DNA of 64,000 nt from contig JBBSEC010000003.1 of assembly GCA_038240075.1 (NCBI GenBank), positions 5,753 to 69,752 on the forward strand, given 5' to 3'. Origin of the DNA: Acidimicrobiia bacterium. Its GTDB lineage: Bacteria; Actinomycetota; Acidimicrobiia; IMCC26256; PALSA-610. Below, piece by piece: positions 34,065-43,766 of this stretch. A model generated the notes under the pieces. The model saw nothing but the letters and a program-made list of their open reading frames with translations. It ran no database searches and was not told the DNA's origin. The position numbers were made by a program, and so were the translations under genes. Position 1 is the first letter of the stretch; each line of letters begins with the position of its first letter.

Positions 34065-34422
34065 GGCCTTCTACATCGACAAGCTCGGTTTTGTCGAAGC
34101 GGCCGACGTCACGATGGCCGACGACTACTGATGGGTCACCGTCGCGCATCCCGACCATCCCGAGCTGCAACTCACGCTCGTGAAGCCCGGCCCTCCGCTC
34201 GACGCCGACGACATCGTGACGGTCACGCGGATGCTCGGAAGGGGCACGCTCGGCGGTCTCGGTTTCGCGACCGCCGACTGCCGGAAGACGCACCAGGAGC
34301 TCGTTGCCAAGGGCGTGGAGTTCGTGCAGGACCCGGCGGACCGACCGTACGGCGTCGAGGCGATCCTGCGCGACAACTCCGGAAACTGGATCGTGATGGT
34401 CGAGGTGAAGCCGTTCCCGTAG
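34036..34422 (+). pseudogene. VOC/glyoxalase-family gene, 5'-truncated with an internal TGA (34129-34131)
   Basis: Track ORFs 33949..34131 and 34180..34422 are in one frame: ...VLDQDESKAFYIDKLGFVEAADVTMADDY*WVTVAHPDHPELQLTLVKP...DPADRPYGVEAILRDNSGNWIVMVE. Confidence 0.6.
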
Positions 34423-34426
34423 CGCG

Positions 34427-34442
34427 GGCGGCCGGGGCCGCC
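34427..34442. terminator. GC hairpin between convergent gene ends
   Basis: GGCGGCC-GG-GGCCGCC lies between the TAG at 34422 and the ino1 stop at 34456. There is no U tract. Confidence 0.25.
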
Positions 34443-34455
34443 GGCGCGGCGCGGC

Positions 34456-35778
<1,323 letters not shown>

Positions 35779-35908
35779 CGCGGCAGCGTATGCCCGATGG
35801 AGCGGCGAGCGATGATCCCCGCAACGATCCTGGGGGAGACGAGACGAGTCGGAGCGAGCGCGACCATGAGCATGGCGCGTCCCCGAGAGCCGCACGTACG
35901 ATCCCGCG

Positions 35909-36751
35909 ATGGCCGATCGCGACTACGAGATGATCACCTTCGAGCAGCAGGACAACGGCGTCGCGTGGCTGACGCTCAGCCGCCCACAGGTGCACAACGC
36001 CTTCAACATCCAGATGCGCAACGAGCTGAAGGACTGCTGGCGTTCCTTACGCTACGACGACGACGTCCGTTGCGTCGTGCTCACGGGGGCGGGCGAGCGG
36101 GCCTTCTGCACCGGGATCGACCGCACGGAGACGATGGGCGACGGCTATCCCGCCGACGGGGCCGCAAAGAAGGAAGGCGGGACCGGCTTCGCGAAGTCGC
36201 CGTGGATGTTCGACGACCCCGGCGACGAGATCGGCCCGAAGTCGTGCGATCTCTGGAAACCCGTCATCGCGGCAGTGAACGGCATCGCGTGCGGTGGCGC
36301 GTTCTACATGCTCGGTGAGGTCGAGTTCATCATCGCCGCGGACCACGCGACGTTCTTCGACCCCCACGTCACCTACGGCATGACGCCGGTGTTCGAGCCG
36401 ATCCACGTGATGCAAAAGATGCCGTTCCACGAGATCATGCGGATCTCGCTGCTCGGCAACCACGAACGCATGTCGGCGAAGCGCGCGCACGAGATCGGGT
36501 TCGTCTCGGAGGTCGCGCCCCTCGCCGAATTGCGTGAGCGCGCGCAGTGGGCGGCCGACGCGATCGCGTCGGCTCCGGCCCTCGCGACGGCGGGTGCCGT
36601 GCGTGCGCTCTGGATGGCGCTCGAGCTCTCTCGGAAACAGGCGCTCGACATGGGCTTCTCGCTCATCCGGATCGGCAGCGATCCCGCGAGCATCTCCGAA
36701 GGCCAGGAGAAGTTCGCGGGCGGACAGCGCATCGAGCCGAGGATCCGGTAG
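35909..36751 (+). CDS. enoyl-CoA hydratase/crotonase family protein
   Basis: 280 aa. LTGAGERAFCTGID...AVNGIACGGA. Confidence 0.9.
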   Translation: MADRDYEMITFEQQDNGVAWLTLSRPQVHNAFNIQMRNELKDCWRSLRYDDDVRCVVLTGAGERAFCTGIDRTETMGDGYPADGAAKKEGGTGFAKSPWMFDDPGDEIGPKSCDLWKPVIAAVNGIACGGAFYMLGEVEFIIAADHATFFDPHVTYGMTPVFEPIHVMQKMPFHEIMRISLLGNHERMSAKRAHEIGFVSEVAPLAELRERAQWAADAIASAPALATAGAVRALWMALELSRKQALDMGFSLIRIGSDPASISEGQEKFAGGQRIEPRIR

Positions 36752-36830
36752 GAGCGATCGCAACCGGCGTGACCAGTGCGACACAGGACGGACCAGCGCA
36801 TGCGAGCGCGACCGTGAGAATGATTCCAAC
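36751..36830 (+). repeat. family-1 intergenic module, copy D
   Basis: GGAGCGATCGCAACCGGCGTGACCAGTGCGACACAGGACGGACCAGCGCATGCGAGCGCGACCGTGAGAATGATTCCAAC runs from the last base of the crotonase TAG to the ligase GTG. Confidence 0.7.
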
Positions 36831-38342
36831 GTGACACTGTTCGCCGATCTGGTGGCGACGTCAGGTGCCGTCGCGGCGACGCGTTCGCGCATTGCGAAGG
36901 TCACCGCGCTCGCGGAGCGGTTGGGGCGGCTCGAGCCCGACGAGATCGCGGTCGCCGTGGGGTTCCTCACCGGCGAGCCTCGCCAGGGCCGCATCGGCAT
37001 CGGATGGTCGACGATCGGGTCGATCGACAACCCACCCGCCGCGACGCCGTCACTGACGCTCGGTGAGGTCGACGAAGCGGTCACCGCGGTCGCGGCGATG
37101 GCGGGCGCCGGATCGGTTGGCGATCGGCGCACGCTGCTCACGTCGGTGCTCGAGCGTGCGACGCAGCCGGAAGCCGACTTCATCCGGCAGCTCTTCACGG
37201 GCGGGCTACGCCAAGGTGCGCTCGCAGGCCTGATGCTCGACGCCGTCGCGCGCGCCTCCGAGGTCGAGCCCGCCGTCGTGCGCCGCGCCGCGATGCGCGG
37301 TGGCGATCTCGGTGCGACCGCGCGGCTCGCGCTCACGGGTGGGCGCGCGGCGCTCGAAGCGGTTCACTTCCAGGTGTTGCAGCCGGTGCTGCCGATGCTC
37401 GCCGGCAGCTCCGAGTCGGTGACCGCGGCGCTCGCGGCGACGGGCCCGGCGTCGGTCGAGTGGAAGCTCGACGGCGCCCGCGTGCAGGTGCATCGATCCG
37501 GTTCCGAGGTGCGGGTCTTCACCCGTAACCTCAACGATGTCACGGCCCGCCTGCCCGAGGTCGTCGCGCTGGTGCTGAGCCTGCCGGTCTCCGAGGTCGT
37601 GCTCGACGGTGAAGCGATCGGCGTGTCCGACGACGCGCGCCCGCAGCGGTTCCAGGACACGATGAGCCGCTTCGGTACCGACGCGATCGCTGATCCTCGT
37701 GCGCTGCGCGCGTTCTTCTTCGACTGTCTGCGCGCCGACGGTGTCGACCTGCTCGACGAACCCCTCTCGGCGCGACGCGAAGTGCTCGAGCGCGTCGCGC
37801 CAGGCTGGGTCGTGCCCGCGCTCGTCACCGAAGACGCCGCGGCGGGGGAGGCGTTCCTTGCCGAGGCGCTCGCGGCGGGCCATGAAGGCGTGATGGTGAA
37901 GGCGTTGGCGTCGACCTACGAAGCCGGACGCCGAGGCAAGGCATGGCGCAAGGTGAAACCCGTCCGCACCCTCGACCTCGTCGTGATCGGCGTCGAGTGG
38001 GGCCACGGCCGGCGCCGCGGCTGGCTGTCGAACCTCCACCTCGGCGCGCGAGGGCCCGACGACACGTTCGTCATGGTCGGCAAGACGTTCAAGGGCCTCA
38101 CCGACGCGTTGCTCACCTGGCAGACGGAGCGGCTGCAGGCAATCGCGATCTCCGACGACGGTCACGTCGTGATGGTCCGCCCCGAGCTGGTCGTCGAGAT
38201 CGCGCTCGACGGCGTGCAGGCGTCGAAGCGCTACGCCGGCGGTGTCGCCCTGCGGTTCGCGCGGGTGCGCGGCTACCGACCCGACAAGTCATCCGCCGAT
38301 GCCGACACCGTCGAAAGCGTCCGCGCGCTCCTACCCTCGTAG
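36831..38342 (+). CDS. ATP-dependent DNA ligase
   Basis: GTG 36831 gives VTLFADLVATSGAVAATRSRIAKV. Adenylation motif EWKLDGARVQVH, then MVKA...GRRGKAWRKVKP. Confidence 0.9.
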   Translation: MTLFADLVATSGAVAATRSRIAKVTALAERLGRLEPDEIAVAVGFLTGEPRQGRIGIGWSTIGSIDNPPAATPSLTLGEVDEAVTAVAAMAGAGSVGDRRTLLTSVLERATQPEADFIRQLFTGGLRQGALAGLMLDAVARASEVEPAVVRRAAMRGGDLGATARLALTGGRAALEAVHFQVLQPVLPMLAGSSESVTAALAATGPASVEWKLDGARVQVHRSGSEVRVFTRNLNDVTARLPEVVALVLSLPVSEVVLDGEAIGVSDDARPQRFQDTMSRFGTDAIADPRALRAFFFDCLRADGVDLLDEPLSARREVLERVAPGWVVPALVTEDAAAGEAFLAEALAAGHEGVMVKALASTYEAGRRGKAWRKVKPVRTLDLVVIGVEWGHGRRRGWLSNLHLGARGPDDTFVMVGKTFKGLTDALLTWQTERLQAIAISDDGHVVMVRPELVVEIALDGVQASKRYAGGVALRFARVRGYRPDKSSADADTVESVRALLPS

Positions 38343-38353
38343 CCTTCGGATCG

Positions 38354-38656
38354 TCACGGTTTGTCGCGCGAAGGAACGACGTGGAACTCGATGCGGTACA
38401 CGAGCGTGTCGTCGGCGATCGGGCCCGAGTGCGCGGCGCGTTGACGCAGCGATTCGCGATCCTTCTCACCCGAGAGCCGCACCTCTGTTGGTGTGACGCT
38501 GGAGAACGGAACCATCTCGATCGAGTCGACCTCGATGCGCGCTCCGGCTGTCGCGTACTGACCACCCACTCTGACCTGCGGGCGGGCCCACAGCCTGAAC
38601 GACAACGTGATGTGGCCCGAAGCGATCCCATCGCGCAACTCCCGGCTGAACTGCAT
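38354..38656 (-). CDS. ASCH-like domain protein
   Basis: ATG at 38656-38654 (MQFSRELRDGIASGHITLSFRLW...). About 100 aa. Confidence 0.65.
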   Translation of the reverse strand: MQFSRELRDGIASGHITLSFRLWARPQVRVGGQYATAGARIEVDSIEMVPFSSVTPTEVRLSGEKDRESLRQRAAHSGPIADDTLVYRIEFHVVPSRDKP

Positions 38657-38937
38657 TGACCCAACGCTACGACGACGATGACGAGTTCGCCCGCTGGCTC
38701 GCCGCGCGCGATCCCGAAGCAGATTGGGCGGCGGCTGCACGCCCGGCTGAGCGACTCGCACCGACACTCGTCGGTCTGACGGTCGCAGCCGCGGCTGCGC
38801 GGGCTCAGTCGAATGGGGTCGTTCTCCGCGTCGTGCGCGGCGAGGGCGCGCAGGGGAGCACGACTCGCGATCGCCGACCGAACCGGATCAACCTCGCTGT
38901 CGAGGACGGTCTCATCGTCGCCGCCGAGGTCTCTTGA
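38656..38937 (+). CDS. small protein with peptidase-inhibitor I78-like C-terminal motif
   Basis: 93 aa. GVVLRVVRGEGAQGSTTRDRRPNRINLAVEDGLIVAAEV. The TTG start is uncertain. Confidence 0.45.
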   Translation: MTQRYDDDDEFARWLAARDPEADWAAAARPAERLAPTLVGLTVAAAAARAQSNGVVLRVVRGEGAQGSTTRDRRPNRINLAVEDGLIVAAEVS

Positions 38938-38953
38938 GCTGCCGGTCTGGCGG

Positions 38954-39496
38954 TCAGAGCCAGCTGACGCGCGCGCTGTCGACGACGTCGTCGCCGGGTG
39001 GGCGGGCGAGCTCGCCGGCGCGGACACGGTCGAGCAACCGGCGCACCACGTCGAGGATCTCCGGCACCGCGGCCTGCAGGGCTTCGCCGTCGGACTCGCC
39101 GATGTCGGCGCGCGTGAGGCCGGCCGCTTCGAGGAGGCCGTCGACGTCGGAGATGTACTTGCCGACCCAGGCCACGGGGTTCGCGGTCATCTCCTTCACG
39201 AACCGGCGGGTTCCGGGCTCCCAGCCCCGGCACTTGGGGTGGTGGTGTGCGCGGTCGAGCGAGCCGGGATTGTCGACCGACTCGAGCAGGTCGGCGCGCC
39301 AGATGGCGCGATCGATCCCGATCGGGCGGGCGGAGTAGATCGACCCGTTGAGCTCACCCCGCTCGAGGAGCCGCACCTCGACGCGCACACCCTGCTCGGG
39401 GCCTTCCTGACCGGGACCGGGATCGGGATCGACGAAGTACAGGTCGCTCGCGACCACACCGATCCGTTCGAAGCAGAATGCGTAGAGCATGGACAC
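38954..39496 (-). CDS. hypothetical protein
   Basis: 180-aa ORF with coding-like composition. No motif recognised. Confidence 0.55.
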   Translation of the reverse strand: MSMLYAFCFERIGVVASDLYFVDPDPGPGQEGPEQGVRVEVRLLERGELNGSIYSARPIGIDRAIWRADLLESVDNPGSLDRAHHHPKCRGWEPGTRRFVKEMTANPVAWVGKYISDVDGLLEAAGLTRADIGESDGEALQAAVPEILDVVRRLLDRVRAGELARPPGDDVVDSARVSWL

Positions 39497-39499
39497 CCC

Positions 39500-39916
39500 T
39501 CAGGAAGATGGGTCGAGATACGCCTCAGTAAGCCAGCTCCGGATCTCGTTGTCGAGATCCTCGGGTCCGCGGAGGTTGATGACGCAGTAATAGCGGCCGC
39601 CGTGCGCGAGCGGCTTCCTCGTCATCAGGCGGTGATCGACGCGATGGGGGAGGGAGAACGAGAGCGCGACCCACTTCTGCATGGGGCGCAGTTGCGCGAA
39701 CTTCCGCGGGTGCTTGAAGAAGATGCCGACCGAAACCGGCTCCACATGCACCGGCCCGAGCGTGTCGAGGTGCGCCAGCACGGCCTCGAAGATCGGCTTC
39801 TCCATCGCGGGGCCCGTCGAGAAGTAGTCGGCGAGCGTCATCGCGGGAGCGCACTCGTGCGACTGCAGGTTGCGTGCGAATTGCCGGTTGCATTCCGGGC
39901 ACGTCCAGGCCGTCAC
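39500..39916 (-). CDS. DUF5655-like protein with N-terminal CxxC...HxC knuckle
   Basis: MTAWTCPECNRQFARNLQSHEC followed by a conserved-looking domain. Confidence 0.65.
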   Translation of the reverse strand: MTAWTCPECNRQFARNLQSHECAPAMTLADYFSTGPAMEKPIFEAVLAHLDTLGPVHVEPVSVGIFFKHPRKFAQLRPMQKWVALSFSLPHRVDHRLMTRKPLAHGGRYYCVINLRGPEDLDNEIRSWLTEAYLDPSS

Positions 39917-39940
39917 GCGACACCGATCGGATCGGAGCGG

Positions 39941-40405
39941 TCAGTCGATGACGACCGACGGGCGGGGCACGCCCGCGGCTTCGCAAAGGAAGTAGTACGC
40001 CTGCAGGATCGAGCCCGCGTCGTAGACGCTCTCGACGTTGCCCTCGGCGTCGAGGTTGAGGTTCGCGCCGTGGATCGCGAAGAAGACGTCGGTCGGCTCG
40101 GTGTTGTCCTCGGGAACGACGAGCGTGTGCACCGATCCCGCGGGCTCATAGAGATACGAACCGGCGGTGTTGACGAAGTCGCTCTCGAGATAGCGCCACG
40201 CGCCGGTCTCGGTGTACGCGAACACCGGGCCCGTGTGCTTGTGCGTCTGCACGCGGTAGCCGGCCATGAACCGGTTGCGGATGACCCACAGGCCCTCGCG
40301 CTCCTTGATGTGGAGCACCTTGAGCAGCGAACCGTCGCCGATGTCGACCCACGGCAGCTCGTTGTCGCCGCGGTGGATGGCGGACGGGATCTCGGTCACG
40401 GTCAT
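39941..40405 (-). CDS. cupin, 2,4'-dihydroxyacetophenone dioxygenase-like
   Basis: ATG at 40405-40403 follows AGGGGGAG. QTHKHTGPVFAYTETGAWRY...YLYEPAGSVHTL. Confidence 0.75.
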   Translation of the reverse strand: MTVTEIPSAIHRGDNELPWVDIGDGSLLKVLHIKEREGLWVIRNRFMAGYRVQTHKHTGPVFAYTETGAWRYLESDFVNTAGSYLYEPAGSVHTLVVPEDNTEPTDVFFAIHGANLNLDAEGNVESVYDAGSILQAYYFLCEAAGVPRPSVVID

Positions 40406-40635
40406 CGCTGGTCTCCCCCTGTCGGGTGGTCCGAAACGGTAGCTGCCACGCGTCGGGCCGTCGCCAGGTCGGTGCCCGCCCGGCCGATGAGATAGCACGC
40501 AATCGGTGCTGCGATGCGCTCGGATGCGTGAGCGGCGTCCCCCGCCAGCGCGAGCAGCTCGTCGATCAGCCCGGCCGACGGCGCCTCGACGCCGAGCGCG
40601 TCCGCGAAGCCGGCGATCCACGCGTGTCCGTCCAT
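40402..40635 (-). CDS. small hypothetical protein (DUF6457-like)
   Basis: 77 aa. ATGA overlap with the cupin gene. Confidence 0.55.
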   Translation of the reverse strand: MDGHAWIAGFADALGVEAPSAGLIDELLALAGDAAHASERIAAPIACYLIGRAGTDLATARRVAATVSDHPTGGDQR

Positions 40636-40702
40636 GTTGATCGCTCCCGGCGTTTTGGTACCGACGTGTGGCGGTTTGAATGGTCACCATAGGATGCCGT
40701 GC

Positions 40703-41683
40703 ATGGAATATCGACGGTTGGGTCGTGCGGGTCTGAAGGTCAGCGTGCTGTCGTTCGGATCGTGGGTGTCGTTCAACGGGCAGATGGGTGTCGCCGAAGC
40801 GCGCGCGTGCATGGAGACCGCGTACGACGCCGGCGTCAACTTCTTCGACAACGCGGAGGCGTACGCGGGCGGTGAGTCCGAGCGCGTCATGGGCGCGGCG
40901 ATCAAAGCAATGGGGTGGCCGCGCCACACCTACGCGATCTCGACGAAGCTGTTCTGGGGCCTGCACGAGCTGCCCAACATGCAGAACACGCTCAACCGCA
41001 AGTACCTCATGCAGGCGATCGACGGCTCACTCGAACGTCTCGGTCTCGACTTCGTCGACCTTCTCTTCTGCCACCGCGCCGATGCCGACACGCCGATCGA
41101 GGAGACGGTGTGGGCGATGTCCGACATCGTGTCGAGCGGCAAGGCGCTCTATTGGGGAACGTCGGAGTGGGGCGGCGACGAGATCCGCGCCGCGTACGAC
41201 ATTGCCGACCGTCACAACCTGCACAAGCCGGTGATGGAGCAGCCCGAGTACCACCTCACGCATCGGCGGCGGGTCGAGCAGGAGTACGCGCGCCTCTACG
41301 ACGACATCGGTCTCGGCCTCACCACGTGGAGCCCTCTCGCGTCGGGCCTCTGGTCGGGCAAGTACGTCGACGGCATCCCCGAAGGGAGCCGGGGCGCGCT
41401 GCCGGGCTACGACTGGCTGCAGCATCAGGTGAAGGACGAGCGCTCCAACAACGCGGTGCGCGGGCTCAAGAAGGTCGCCGACGATCTCGGCTGCTCGCTC
41501 CCGCAGCTCGCCATCGCCTGGTGCGCGCACAACCCGAACGTCTCCACCGTGATCACGGGTGCCAGTCGCGTCGAACAGGTTCGAGAGAACCTCGGTGCGC
41601 TCGATGTGCTGGCGCAGATCGACGATGGTGTGCTGCACCAGATCGACACGATCCTGATGGAGAACCGGGTCCGGTTCAGCTGA
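40703..41683 (+). CDS. aldo/keto reductase (Kv-beta-like)
   Basis: [21 protein letters not shown]...[13 protein letters not shown]. Confidence 0.9.
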   Translation: MEYRRLGRAGLKVSVLSFGSWVSFNGQMGVAEARACMETAYDAGVNFFDNAEAYAGGESERVMGAAIKAMGWPRHTYAISTKLFWGLHELPNMQNTLNRKYLMQAIDGSLERLGLDFVDLLFCHRADADTPIEETVWAMSDIVSSGKALYWGTSEWGGDEIRAAYDIADRHNLHKPVMEQPEYHLTHRRRVEQEYARLYDDIGLGLTTWSPLASGLWSGKYVDGIPEGSRGALPGYDWLQHQVKDERSNNAVRGLKKVADDLGCSLPQLAIAWCAHNPNVSTVITGASRVEQVRENLGALDVLAQIDDGVLHQIDTILMENRVRFS

Positions 41684-41700
41684 CGCGTGGAGCTCGCACC

Positions 41701-42168
41701 ATGGATCGCGTTCCGTCGACCATCGTCATCCTGCCGTACCTCCGGCTGCAGGAAGCCATCTATCGAGGGACGCGCGGGTTCGTCGGCCGACGCTTTGCCG
41801 GCCCGCCGACCCTGTTGCTGACGACGACGGGACGCAAGACCGGGCGCACGCGCACGAACGCGCTCATCTACTCCCGCGACGGCTCAGCCTGGGTGGTGGT
41901 CGCATCGAACGGCGGGAGCGATCGCGGCCCGGGATGGCTCGCGAACCTGCGTGCCGAGCCCCACGTCGGCGTGCAGGATGGGCGCCGCAAGTACCGCGCG
42001 GTCGCGCGCGTCGCCGACGGTTCTGAGCGGGAACGCCTCTGGCCGCTGGTGAACCGGAACAACCGCGGTTTGGCCCCGCTTCTGCATCGCGGAGTTCTTG
42101 GCCGCTACGACGTGTACCAACGGCGCACGGAGCGAGAGATCGCCGTTGTCGTTCTCGAACCGTCGTAG
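41701..42168 (+). CDS. deazaflavin (F420H2)-dependent nitroreductase family (Ddn-like)
   Basis: LLLTTTGRKTGRTRTNALIY...VVASNGGSDRGPGWLANL. Confidence 0.85.
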   Translation: MDRVPSTIVILPYLRLQEAIYRGTRGFVGRRFAGPPTLLLTTTGRKTGRTRTNALIYSRDGSAWVVVASNGGSDRGPGWLANLRAEPHVGVQDGRRKYRAVARVADGSERERLWPLVNRNNRGLAPLLHRGVLGRYDVYQRRTEREIAVVVLEPS

Positions 42169-42510
42169 ATGAGTGGCGGCGGTACGGGCCGGGATGGGTC
42201 CGGTGCCGTCACGATCCGTCCGTGCGTCGCGCGCATCCTCGAGGACATCGCGGATCGATCAGCCACGGTCGGCTACTACGTCTCTTCCGCCGCGCGCGGT
42301 CGCGGAGTCGCGACGGCCGCGCTCGCCGCTCTGGTGCCGGTTGCCCTGCACGACGTGGGGCTCGTACGCGTCGTCGCCGATATCGACCCCGGCAACGTCG
42401 CATCGCGTCGGGTTGTTGAGCGAAGCGGCTTCCGCGCGGCGGGCCGCGTCGTCATCGGCGACGTCACGTTCGATCGCTTTGTCGTCGGGTCAGAGCTGCC
42501 GGGGTCCTGA
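42169..42510 (+). CDS. GNAT-like acetyltransferase, abnormally short (possibly internally deleted)
   Basis: Only the acetyl-CoA motif region is present (GYYVSSAARGRGVATAAL...NVASRRVVERSGF). The usual ~60 aa between the N-terminal strand and motif A is missing. Confidence 0.55.
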   Translation: MSGGGTGRDGSGAVTIRPCVARILEDIADRSATVGYYVSSAARGRGVATAALAALVPVALHDVGLVRVVADIDPGNVASRRVVERSGFRAAGRVVIGDVTFDRFVVGSELPGS

Positions 42511-43161
42511 CGACGCCGCGTGGCCCAACAGGTAGGGCAGGATCCGGCGATGGAGCAAGCCGGCAACCGACCAGATTGCTCGCCCGCCACGTCGTTCGAA
42601 CGTGAGGTCGCTTGACGCGCTCACGATCGTGGGGGCGCTGCGAAACGTGAGCCGGGCGCGACCGACCGTTCCGGATTCGACTCCGATCACGACCGTCTCC
42701 GGGGTGCGCAGCAGGATCGGCCAGCCCGCGATGTGATCTGCGGAACCGATCGGTCCGAGCCGCAGGCGAAGGATGAAGCGCCACCCGAACATGACGAAGG
42801 ACTGCAACGCGCGTGGACCGTGCTCCAGCGTTCCTCGCGCCCATTGCTCAGCCGTGCGCGCGTCGGTCGGCGTGAGCTCGAATGCATCCGCGTAGTCGGA
42901 TTGGAACGGTTCGCCGCCGACGCCCTCGGGTGCCTTGGGCTCGACTGGGTGCGCTCGTACGGCCACGTCGACGAGTGTGCCGCACCGACCCGCGAAACGA
43001 GGAAACGCGGGCGCTCGATCGAGGTGCTTCACTGGTGACGTGGCCGGGCGGCGAAGAGTGTCGTTGAGGGAGAGCTGCTCGACGTCGTTTGACGTCGCGG
43101 CCAACACGGGCGGGTTCGAAGACGTGTGGCCTGGCGTCCTGTACGGCCTCGTCATGGGCAT
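42490..43161 (-). CDS. hypothetical protein (start uncertain)
   Basis: 223-aa ORF. The C-terminal 150 aa look coding (DYADAFEL...WRFILRLRLGP). The N-terminal part is doubtful. Confidence 0.45.
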   Translation of the reverse strand: MPMTRPYRTPGHTSSNPPVLAATSNDVEQLSLNDTLRRPATSPVKHLDRAPAFPRFAGRCGTLVDVAVRAHPVEPKAPEGVGGEPFQSDYADAFELTPTDARTAEQWARGTLEHGPRALQSFVMFGWRFILRLRLGPIGSADHIAGWPILLRTPETVVIGVESGTVGRARLTFRSAPTIVSASSDLTFERRGGRAIWSVAGLLHRRILPYLLGHAASSGPRQL

Positions 43162-43242
43162 CTGGTGGCGGGTCCGCGGATTTCCCGACGACGGAAAGCC
43201 GACCGCGCCGACGACCGAATGAGCGCGCGCAAACTCCCGTGC

Positions 43243-43710
43243 TCAACGAAGGGAGCCGATCGCGACGCGTGTTGTTGCATCGCGTGGGCAGGTCCAGAGC
43301 GCCTCGTTGTCGACGACGACCGGTTGAAGTGGGTGCGACGACGGGTGTAAGGGGCACTCCGGCCAGGTTGCAGGCAGGCGATGACTCCAGCGGGTCTCTA
43401 TGACGATGTCTCGCAGCTGGTCCGCGGCCTGGACGAGTCGCTCCGCGTCCGTTCCGGTTTCGGGAACAGTGATCCCCGCACCGGAGCCGTCGTCGTCGAA
43501 CACCATGCAGGCCAGGTCATCGTCGGTCCACCGCTGCCGCGCCTCGATGCGAACCAGCGCGAGCTCGACGCCGGCCGTCGTTCGCAGGTCCGCGATCAGA
43601 GGGGTCATGCGCTCCCGCAGCGCGTTCGAAACCTTGACCTGGATCACCGCGGCGAAGGTAGTCGACGACGCGCAACGGATCGCGCCGGAGCAGGAAACCC
43701 CTGGGATCAT
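43243..43710 (-). CDS. hypothetical protein (start uncertain)
   Basis: 155-aa ORF. C-terminal WPECPLHPSSHPLQP...ALWTCP motif. Confidence 0.4.
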   Translation of the reverse strand: MIPGVSCSGAIRCASSTTFAAVIQVKVSNALRERMTPLIADLRTTAGVELALVRIEARQRWTDDDLACMVFDDDGSGAGITVPETGTDAERLVQAADQLRDIVIETRWSHRLPATWPECPLHPSSHPLQPVVVDNEALWTCPRDATTRVAIGSLR

Positions 43711-43752
43711 TGGGGGATTCGGGGTTGAGTGTCACACCTCTTCGGTACTCTA

Positions 43753-43766
43753 CGAACAGATGTTCG
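43753..43766. promoter_or_regulatory. LexA SOS box overlapping the HNH gene start codon
   Basis: ACGAACAGATGTTCGA, of the GAAC-N4-GTTC type. The ATG at 43760 is inside the box. Confidence 0.6.

Noticed and set aside
34129-34131. A second in-frame TGA, in the VOC/glyoxalase-like gene, considered as another selenocysteine codon.
   Set aside because: There is no redox Cys partner or Cys-containing context (..DDY*WVTV..). The position is an ordinary residue in this family as far as I recall. Only weak pairing is possible downstream. The gene is also 5'-truncated. A nonsense mutation in a pseudogene is the simpler reading.
40650-40700. A third copy of the family-2 element (TTGGTAC ... CATAGG) upstream of the aldo/keto reductase.
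   Set aside because: Only a 7-mer and a 6-mer are shared, at a different spacing. The GCAGTACC arm is absent and there is no hairpin.
43095-43125. A tRNA-like T-arm (GGGTTCGAAGAC).
   Set aside because: No acceptor stem, D-arm or anticodon arm can be drawn around it. It lies inside or next to a plausible ORF.
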